Under the pieces are notes generated by a model. The model was not told where the DNA came from, made no database searches, and worked only from the letters and a program-made list of their open reading frames with translations. DNA of 14,179 nucleotides from NCBI RefSeq assembly GCF_006345805.1, contig NW_021825907.1, positions 1 through 14,179 on the forward strand. Direction: 5' to 3'. Positions 1 through 8,265 of the stretch are shown here, piece after piece. Position 1 is the stretch's first letter, and each line of letters starts with the position of its first letter. A program made the translations under genes and the position numbers. The stretch is from Octopus sinensis (taxonomy: Eukaryota).

Positions 1-422
1 AAAAAAAAAAACTTAATAAATAAAAAAAAGAAACTAAAAGACAAAAAAGAAAAAAAAATTAAAATAAAAAAAAATTTAAAAATAAAAAAAAATTTAAAAA
101 TAAAAAAAAAAATTAAAAAATTAAAAACTTTTAAAAAATAAAAAAATGAAATAAAAACACAATAAAAATCAAAAAAAAAACACAATAAAAATCAAAAAAT
201 TAAACAACTAAAAAATAAAAAAAGAAAATAAAACAAAAAAATCAAAAAAAGTAAATAAAACACAAAAAAAAGAATAAAAAAATAAAAACACAATAAAAAA
301 CAAAAAATAAAAAAAAAAAAAATAAAAACAAAAAAAAATTCAAAAAATAAAAAAAAAATTTAAAAAATAAATGAAAAAAGAAAAAAAAATTAAAAAAATA
401 AAAAAAGAAAATAAAAACACAA
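1..422. repeat. A-rich low-complexity tract with a degenerate AAATAAAACACAATAAAAATC-like motif
   Basis: Almost entirely A with sparse T/C/G. The motif aaataaaacacaat(a) recurs near 150, 283 and 410. Confidence 0.9.
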
Positions 423-453
423 TATTTGAACCTGTCAATTTTTAACAGCCTAT

Positions 454-637
454 TAGATAATGCTTAAAGCCCTTTACAGTTTCCGGAAATTTAGCTTAGT
501 GACTTGATTAGACAAACCACTTCAGATAGCAATTAAGATAAGGCTTAAGAGCCTTTACAGTTACGGAAATTAGGCTTAGTGACCTTGATTAGACAAAACC
601 TTCAGATAGCAATTAAGATAAGACAAGGCTTAAGAGC
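454..637 (+). repeat. Tandem repeat, ~80-81 bp unit, ~2.3 copies
   Basis: cctttacagt at 471 and 552 (period 81); ttcagatagcaattaagataa at 521 and 601 (period 80); partial third copy aaggcttaagagc ending ~637. Confidence 0.9.
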
Positions 638-686
638 GTTAAATGTTCAATATGTATTACTGCGTGGCGTAAAAAATAAGATTAGT

Positions 687-1165
687 ATGGTGGTAGTCAG
701 AATATGGAGAGTTTCACCGAAGATATCGTGGATGCCAAAACAAACGAACAAACTGAGCTTGGGGGGAGTGTAAGTAAGTATGGTGCGGGCATAGGTAATA
801 TAGGTGTAGGAAATGCAGGAAATGTGGGGCAGGAAGTGTAGGTAGTGTAGGTGCATGCGTAGGTAATCTAGGTGCAGGAAATGTAGGTAGTGTAGGCTTA
901 TGTAATGTCAGAGAAAATAAGATTACTCATCAGTTGTCAGAAGATCATCAATCGATCCGTTTCGATGAAAATAACTTCAGTAAAGAGGTATTAATATTAG
1001 ATTTATTTTAGTGTATGGAAAAACGATTACCTATTGAGAAACAAAGAATATTTGGAAAATACACAGGTTTTAGATAATTTATGTAGCACGAAACGTAAAA
1101 AAGTTAGTGTAGGAAATAATAATTTTAAACGATATAGTTTCGATGATATGAGTGTTAGTCTAGAT
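687..1165 (+). CDS. Putative fragment of an unknown gene with Gly-rich tripeptide repeats, interrupted by the hAT insertion
   Basis: Restoring one G in the GGGG run at ~826 gives a stop-free frame 687-987 (YGGSQNMESFTEDIV...GNIGVGNAGNVGAGSVGSVGACVGNLGAGNVGSVG...FDENNFSKE). A phase-0 24-nt GT-AG intron follows (988-1011), then a frame reading ...LRNKEYLENTQVLDNLCSTKRKK...SVSLD up to the hAT end. No family recognised. Confidence 0.35.
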
Positions 1166-1629
1166 CAGCGGTTCTCAAATGCGGCCCCCGGGCCGCATGT
1201 GGCCCCAGAATTTTTTTTGCGGCCCCTCTAGAGTAACTAACTTTTTAATTTTTTAATAATGTTTAAATTTAATTATTCATTCTTAAGGTTAAACATATCC
1301 ATAATTGGTGATTCATTATCAATTTGAAGCACGTTTTGGGGTAAATTATATAAATTTAATTTTTAGAATTTTAAAGAATTCCTTCCTTTAATGAAAATAT
1401 TCGCAACTCCATTCAGCGTGGAAATTAAGGATGCGCCTGCAAAGTTCAACTAGAACTCAATAATTTACAACATGATATAGAAATGGCGGCATTGTTCAAA
1501 AATGCGTCAATTATTAATTTTTACGAATTAATTCCTCAAGACAAATTCAAAAATATAAACACACAATGCATATATGAATCTACATATTTATGCGAATCAA
1601 ATAAAACGTTAATAAAATTAATTATGTAA
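1166..1629 (+). mobile_element. hAT DNA transposon remnant (Charlie/SPIN, GTF2IRD2-like transposase): left end plus C-terminal transposase fragment
   Basis: Terminus CAGCGGTTCTCAAA at 1166 follows GTCTAGAT (1158-1165, matching the NTCTAGAN hAT-Charlie target) and has GGCCC-rich subterminal repeats. Translation QFEARFG/NFKEFLPLMKIFATPFSVEIKDAPAK-QLELNNLQHD...NFYELIPQDKFKNI...STYLCES matches the hAT dimerization region, with a 26-nt intron (1341-1366). No right TIR was found in the window. Confidence 0.8.
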
Positions 1630-1662
1630 ATTCTATCTTAAATTATTTAAGAATCCAGATCG

Positions 1663-2750
1663 TCAGTGATTTCTCTTCTTCGCTTGGAAGAAGAGTTTGC
1701 AACAAAATTTCATCATTTCCATTTCTGCGTCAAAGTAATTGTTCAACTGAGTGTCCTCACGACATGCCAGCTCCGCAAGTTGATTGGCGGCAGAGGCGTA
1801 CTCCTCGTTGTCTACCTTCATCCCATGTCTGTGTTCAATAAGCATACTCTCTAGAGTCCTCTTCAGCACAACCGACTGGATGTATGTCCTCGTTCCTTCT
1901 TCAATGGATAACTTGTCCATATGACTTTTAAAGAACTTTGAGACAACTCCATCCCATGTCAAGACAATTGGAATAATCTTCACTTTTGCTTCATAGAGAA
2001 CTGACAGTTCATTTGCAAGCAGGTCATATTGTGAAAATTCTCCACTTCAACTTGCTTTTAAACGGTCTTGCGAGGTAACTCCCACTTCGATTAAATGAAT
2101 TCTCTTTTCCTCTTGTCATAAACGAAGATATCAGGTTTATTGAATTGAACCTTTGTTTCAGTCATAATTGAAGTGTCAACTCTGATTTCGACATTTTGGG
2201 TCGACAGTGTTGACACGACTGAATGTCCTTTCAATTTCCTGCTTCGTTTTATTCCATACATTCGACACAAGTGGAGATGAATACACTTTACCACTTCGTT
2301 GTGTCTTCGGAGAATCACTGTTTAGCATCCTACCACACCGCGTGGCTAGATGGTCAACAGTCTGCCTGCTTTTTTTGCAGTGGACGCATAGTGATCCCGT
2401 GTATGCAAAGAACAAATTCCTATCTTGCAAAAGACAGTACAATGCTTCGCTTCGTGGACCATTGTTCCCTTTCGATAGCCATTGCGAAGAAGTAGATATG
2501 TCGACATCTGATTCCTCCATACATTTGAACATCACCGAGTGTAGTGATTTACTGTTAATCGGTTAAGCAAGAGTTTCCTTTGTGCGTCCTTCAGTAACTC
2601 AATGGTCAGATTTTCCCTGCCGACAGCTGCATATTTGGAGACAAGAAATTCTGCGATTGTGGCTAAGTGCCATTTTTTTCCTTTTATTACTCGCAGAATA
2701 CCCGACCTCCGCAGACAGGTAGTCGACTGTTTTTCCAAACTTTTAAGAAA
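1663..2750 (-). mobile_element. 5'-truncated R4/Dong-like non-LTR retrotransposon (end of RT, CCHC finger, restriction-like endonuclease)
   Basis: Frameshifted ORFs give LQDRNLF, CVHCKKSRQTVDHLATRC (CCHC), RRHNEVVK, KPDIFVYD...IEVGVT (PD-(D/E)xK-type RLE) and KIIPIVLTWDGVV, with a stop at 1663-1665. Confidence 0.85.
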
Positions 2751-2752
2751 CT

Positions 2753-3320
2753 GAAATACGAGTTGATACAACAATTCCAACAGAGTTGAAAATTCAATAT
2801 AACAAACCCGACATTTTTTTCTACGACAAAAGAGAAAACCTAATATGGCTTATTGAAGTGGGTGTGACTTCAATAAATAACCTAAAGAGTGTGGAAGTAG
2901 AAAAAACTGCACAAATACGACATTTTAGCTAGTGAATTACAACTGATTCACAAGACTAAGGTGAAAATTGTGCCAATTGTCATTACGTGGGATGGAATCG
3001 TTTCAACAATCTACCGCAAGTACATGAAGCTCCTTGGGATTGAAGAACGTGTTCGGTCTTACATCCAGACTGTAACGCTGAAGGCCACTCTGGAGAGCAT
3101 GTTTGTCGAGTACAAACATGGCTTCAGTGAAATTCTGGACTCTGCAAATTCCGTAAATAGGGACTGGCGGAAAATAATTTCTCTATGAAGATCAGCAAGT
3201 CCCTTAAGAGGCCCAGAGACTGTACGCCCCAGGCGGAGATTGAGGATCATGGCGGGGAAGATCAAAGTGGAGTTATGGGGAACTCGGGAAGCAAAAATGA
3301 GAGTCGTCTAATTATTAGTT
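2753..3320 (+). mobile_element. Second, divergent R4/Dong-like RLE retrotransposon 3' fragment
   Basis: EIRVDTTIPTELKIQYNKPDIF...LIEVGVTS...KYDILASEL...KIVPIVITWDGIV...YIQTVTLKATLESM. It shares 31/53 identical residues with the minus-strand copy over the C-terminal segment. The 3' boundary is approximate. Confidence 0.8.
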
Positions 3321-3360
3321 TACTTTTCTTAATAACATTATCGGAATTTGTTTCATTTTA

Positions 3361-3980
3361 TTATTATTATTTATTTATTAACTCCAAGATCACCGAGAAA
3401 GATAGGTCAGAATAACTAATTAGGGGATCTCTGCCTCAAACAACAGCCGTACTCTCCTTACATGATCTTCTGATGACCCAACCGTAACCCGGAAACGCCT
3501 TCTCTTCCTTCTGCAGAGGAACTCAATCGGAGTGAATTTCTTTATAACCGACCGAAATTCCTATGCATGGGCCACCTTTTCCTTGAGTGGGTTTCCCAGT
3601 TCCTTGCAGAAACGTAGGAAACCCTGTCCATTCTTCTGCGTCGCCTCCTCGGAGGCAGGGCTGCCAACTGAGGTGTCAGTGTGGAGCATAATCTTCCTTC
3701 TGAGTGAGTTCAAACGTTCCGCTTTCGAACAAGCAATTGCAAACCTCCAGGCTGAGCAGGCATACTCAACCGTCGGGGCAATCACTTGTTGGTAAATTTT
3801 GCTGACACAATCTTTCAGGAGAAAGGGACTCTTCTTTAACAGAGCTTTCAAGACGTTCCACTTCCGAAGACCTTTAGCTAGGGTCTCCTCCACGTGACTT
3901 GAGAACGTCATTAAGGAGTCGAAGACCACGCCAAGGATCTTCTGGGTACGCGAAGAGGGAATAGGATTGTCTCCAATGAA
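3361..3980 (-). mobile_element. 5'-truncated LINE 3' fragment (I/Jockey-group-like RT thumb) with (TAA)n tail and 13-bp TSD
   Basis: KILGVVFDSLMTFSSHVEE...KIYQQVIAPTVEYACSAW thumb motifs. The minus-strand tail TAATAAATAAATAATAATAA is at 3361-3380, and TSD TTGTTTCATTTTA is at 3348-3360 and 3981-3993. Confidence 0.85.
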
Positions 3981-4047
3981 TTGTTTCATTTTAGGTTATC
4001 CTAATATATTTTTAGATAAAATTTATCGTTAATTTGTAATAAAATTT

Positions 4048-4774
4048 GGTACTTTTGTCGAGTGGTCGCAGTTTTTTTAGGCCTTTTAAAAAATCTAATA
4101 ATTTTTGAGGTGGAATATATTATATTTTATTTAAGTCGCTCTATCAATAATTTAAAATATTATTAAATTTTTTACTAATTATTTTCTAATTTTTTAATTA
4201 TGGCGAGCATGTACCTAATATTGATATAAACTGGCACTATAGGTCACATGGAAAATTCTGTTGTGGACTTATGCAAATCAAATTCCGACAGCTCCCAAAA
4301 GTAAGGAGGATGCAGTGCATTTTCTGCAAAATGTGGATATCCTTTCAAAATCACGTATATGTCCGAAGGGACATCAGATGGAATTAGTCTTGGGACCGAA
4401 GCTCAATTGGAAATGCTCAAGAGTTGGTTGTAGAGTCCAATGTTCTATTAAAAAAAGGTATAATTTCTCTCAAATAATTCTAGATCTGGTTAGAGAATTG
4501 TAATTTTTTCAGAATTTATGTGGCGAAAACAAATACAGAACTATAAGGAATCTTTTGCACAGATTGTAAAAGACATAAATTCCTTCTACAGTCCTGGAAT
4601 TTGGATGCCGCGTACTAAAAATGACTAAATTGGTAAATAAATTTTTAAATAATTTTAATAACCATTTAAATTATTGATAGAGGGTTATAAATTAAATAAT
4701 CTATTTTTCACTAAAAAAATTAATTAATTTTAATTATCTCTCTAAAAAAACTGCGACCACTCGACAAAAGTACC
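4048..4774 (+). mobile_element. Complete non-autonomous (internally deleted) Merlin/IS1016-like DNA transposon, 727 bp
   Basis: Perfect 33-bp TIRs GGTACTTTTGTCGAGTGGTCGCAGTTTTTTTAG (4048-4080 / 4742-4774), an inner 18-bp inverted repeat (4139-4156 / 4665-4682), and 8-bp TSD TAAAATTT (4040-4047 / 4775-4782). The remnant ORF 4248-4628 joins an N-terminal Zn ribbon (FLQ...RICPKGHQM...WKCSRVGC...SIKK) to the C-terminal EFMWRK motif. The DDE core is absent. Confidence 0.92.
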
Positions 4775-5149
4775 TAAAATTTTTTTTATTTGATATTAAA
4801 AAGTATCAATCAATTTTAGGCAATGGAGAAATTATAAATTCAATCTAACTGTTTCGTGCTCCTTTTTGATAATTAATAATATACTTATTAGCTTTAAATC
4901 GATTGTTCTTATATATTCAATAGAGATTTTTTAATTTTGAAAAATGCGGTCTTCCCCAAAGTGGTTATAATGTGTATGTTCAGTCTATTTTATTTATTAA
5001 GTTGCACTCAACGCACTTAACCTTTAATCCGAGTTCATCTTCACAGAAAAAAACTCAATTTTAGCCCATTCTTTGAAAATTTATTTTTGCATTTTTAAAA
5101 TAGAAATTCATTCCAAATTTTACGAGCCTGATTCTTTTATTATTATTAT

Positions 5150-5370
5150 TCAACCAAGACCACTGTCTAAAGGAGGGTCCTCATTTTCCGCTGACGTTCT
5201 TCCCTTGTTCACGCGAATTTTTTGTATGGGCGCAGCAGCTGTGTCATTCGTTATGTCGTCACCCTGTTTCTTAGACAGTTTCTTGATTGAATTTTCGAAA
5301 ATTTTCCCCAATTGATGTAGCTGATCGTTTTTCCCCACGCTGCGTAGGCGTAACTAATTATGTGTTCCAT
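5150..5370 (-). CDS. Hypothetical ORF fragment, unassigned
   Basis: More GC-rich than its flanks. An ATG at 5370 (MEHIISYAYAAWGK...) needs a frameshift to join the 62-aa ORF 5150-5338. No motif recognised. Confidence 0.2.
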
Positions 5371-5955
5371 GTATTGCTAATAAACGGTTTGGCGCTAGAT
5401 CTTAAAAATTTACAAAATTTAATTAGATGTACTTTTTATAGACCGATTAGAAAAATCTAAATAAAGATACAGATAATTATTTCAATAATATTATAAACTT
5501 TTTTTCATTAATTATTGTTTAATTTTCTAAATTTTTAATGACAAACCTAATAGATTATTAGATGCGGTTTATTAGTTTGTTACTGTTCTATTAATTAGCT
5601 TTGCTTTATTTTGTGTATTAAATTGGATTCAGAAGGAATTTCGTGATGAAGTTTTTTTTAGTGATTTAATTATCTGAAATTTCGTCATTTTTGTGATATT
5701 TTCCGATTTTATTCCTCTAATCTGTTTCTAATCTTTTTCTCAAAATTATAATACTTCCTCTCATTTCAAAGTTTTACCAGAAGGACTGTTTTCGGTCGTT
5801 TTACTTGTCCTCACGGCTTCTTAATTTCAGTTTATTAGTCAATGAAATTAAAAATTATTTCAAAATTTCGACTTTATAAACGGAAAAAACAAAATTAATC
5901 ATAATATCTCACCAAACTTTTCATTGCTGATTTCATTGCTGATTGGATTTGATCA

Positions 5956-6680
5956 ATCATGACACTCTTTTGGGTCTATGTCGAAGTCCACTTCCCAAGT
6001 CTTCTTAATAACATTCTCCCACACAGCGAAGGGTCTTTTACAAGAGCTCCAAAGCTGCACTTTTGAGCAGATATGCCATATGATCGCATATCAAAAGTGT
6101 TCCTTCTAGTATCGTCGTATGTGTCAAATTTCTGTTAAGTGCGGATAGAGGCTGAGTGCCTCTTATGCATCGTATTTCTGATGGATCTACCGGAGAATAT
6201 TTAGCGTTTTGACTGATGATAGGCAACCACCAACCATCGATGTTGAGCTTACCTCTATGATTAAAAAAATAATCACTATATGTTGGGGAAAAGGATTCGA
6301 TATTCACAATCTGTGGCCCCTTTTCTTTGAAGGGCCAAAGATTGACCATTCATGAGTTCATATGTAACTATAATTGCTGAACGCACGCTCTCTAAAGAGA
6401 AGACGTGCAGAAATTGAGAACATGTTATCTACTAATCCGGACCTTTAATTGTGAATGAAACAAAATTTAAACAACATGATGATTATTATCTGAATGGTTA
6501 CTCCCCTGATATCAAATGGAAGTCGGGTTCGATAGCTGGAACGGGGACTCAATCTGCCCGGATCTCAACATTCCTATTGCATCATGACACTCTTTTGGGT
6601 CTATGTCGAAGTACACTTTCCAAGTCACATTTTCCCACACAGCGAAGGGTCTTTTACAAGAGCTCCAAAGCTGCACTTTT
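5956..6680 (+). mobile_element. Decayed LINE fragment spanning the ORF1 end and the start of the ORF2 AP-endonuclease
   Basis: 6374-6502 reads LLNARSLKRRRAEIENMLSTNPDL-IVNETKFKQHDDYYLNGY, matching the N-terminal APE motifs (NxRSL; D-x-x-x-x-xET; GY). The upstream frame ends ...EGPKIDHS* with TGA (6353-6355) overlapping an ATG (6352-6354). Only degenerate Cys/His remnants lie further upstream. Confidence 0.55.
5956..6680 (+). repeat. ~100-bp direct repeat pair (5956-6064 and 6581-6680)
   Basis: atcatgacactcttttgggtctatgtcgaagt...agctccaaagctgcactttt occurs twice. The copies differ by 3 substitutions and a 9-nt indel (ttcttaata). Confidence 0.95.
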
Positions 6681-6899
6681 ATTAACAGTGTATCAATTTT
6701 GGGGTCCTTCGTTTCTTTGATTTTTCCTTATATAGTTTCAGTAAACTAATGTTTTCTATACAAATAAATAGTCAATAATTTATTCAGTTAGACTAATTTT
6801 GTAAATTTCGATTTTTTGATCATTTGTGACAAGAAGAGATTATTCGGCATGCATTTTATTATAACTGACACAAAGTATATATTAGGGGAGTAAAGTATG

Positions 6900-7890
6900 G
6901 CAGAACGTATTTGACTGGAAGTGTGAATTTATTCCAAGCTGACTAGTCTGTGTATAGTGAAGACAAGAGTGTAACGTCAATGTCACATAGTTTTACACCC
7001 ACTTTGAGGAATAGGACAATATATACCTAATCTTCCAGTTATGTAAAACGGAAAGTATTTTTTTGTTGTTAAAGTTCCGCCCAGAAAGTAGTGGATTGTG
7101 ATAAACATTTTTCATTTATCATTGTCTGAATTTGAAATTGCCTTTGTACTCACCCTTGTAAATCCTATCGACAAAAAATGTTGAATTACAAGAATTCGGT
7201 GTAACAAGCTTATTCGTGTATGACAAAATAAAAAAAATATTATCATCAAAGTGAAAGTCACTTCCCAAGACCACCTGAAGCAATCCAAAGTTCAAAAAAT
7301 GCAATAAATGAGACGGGGTTGTTTCCAAGTTTTCAAGAACTACATTGAAAAGTTGAAGACGGAACTTGGAATTACATACAGTATCTGATTTTTGTTATTA
7401 AATAGGATTTTTATGAAATAAGTTTGTCGACAGTCCTCATGTAGTTGGTGGTGCACTTGATCGAGCAATGGACGACCAATTTGATGAAGAGAATGTAAAC
7501 GATACCCAAAAGAAACATTTGGATAAATTGAACAAATTCTAAATGTGCTACAGCTCCAGAAGGAGTATACTGGATATATGTATCTAGCGAGTTGCATATT
7601 TATCAATTTTTGTTCGATAACGTCATCGTAGTAAACAAATTGATTAATGATCGGTCCCTCATCCTCAGGGGCAATTCGCTGATTACGCCAATTTCAACTT
7701 TTGACGAATTTTGAGAGATATCAATATTAGACGGAATAACAAATAATGTTGCCTCATTCAAAATACGAGACCTTGTGCCTCCTTCCTACAATTACGGCAT
7801 CTGCCTAGACTGCCAGTCTTTCCAGGAATAATATGTTTTAAAATTAATATTAAGGATGTCTGAAAACGCACTAAGAGCTCAAACCATGGA
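6900..7890 (+). pseudogene. Possible heavily decayed MULE/Mutator-like transposase
   Basis: One frame with many stops reads C-T-H-P-CKS...H-F-P-R-P-P (FLYWCH-like), IWIN*T...ATAPEGVYWIY (cf. W-x-DGTF...P...Y), HIYQFLF and TFDEF*EISILDGI (cf. DFE-x-A-I). The resemblance is weak, and no TIRs were identified. Confidence 0.3.
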
Positions 7891-8265
7891 CAATTAAGTA
7901 TTTTTTAACAACAATGTCAATTTTTTAAGATAATACAGCTGACTATCAAATTCTACCTCTTAGCTAAAAATAAAGTTAATACGTAAAAATCTCGCTATTG
8001 TTTCGGCAGAAAAAAAAAATAAAAAACCATTTTTAGCTCAAAATATGCACACTTTTAGCTAGTTAACCTATTAAAAATTTTTAATCTACCGAAAAATATT
8101 GATTTATAATGCGTATAGGGAATTTGTTAAAGTATTTTAAAGATTATATTATGTCACATGCCTCAGGGATTACTATGCCCCACTCGTTACCTCCGAATTA
8201 TTTCTGAGAAATAATTGATTAATGATTTTTTCAATTTTTTAGAAAAATTAATAATCAATCACAAT

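Noticed and set aside
454-637. CRISPR-like array (also considered for 11023-11076)
   Set aside because: Eukaryotic context, whole-unit tandem repeats without unique spacers, and no cas genes.
454-690. Stop-codon reassignment (TAA/TAG = Gln), since the first 81-bp repeat unit has only TAR stops in one frame
   Set aside because: WASHC1 ends at TAA right after its conserved acidic-Trp terminus, and its internal stops are better explained by homopolymer indels.
647-900. Pro-rich or collagen-like minus-strand protein
   Set aside because: It needs more frameshifts than the plus-strand Gly-rich reading, which also has a correctly oriented intron. There is no Gly-X-Y collagen pattern with Pro.
6038-6349. 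103-aa minus-strand ORF as a host or viral gene
   Set aside because: No motif recognised, and the opposite strand fits a LINE ORF1/ORF2 junction better.
5956-6680. LTR or TRIM element suggested by the 100-bp direct repeats with internal TG...CA
   Set aside because: Identity extends beyond the TG/CA positions, no TSD, PBS or PPT is evident, and the interior is LINE-type endonuclease.
7119-7606. Two minus-strand ORFs as exons of a host gene
   Set aside because: No convincing splice sites or motifs link them, and they are probably shadows of the decayed plus-strand relic.
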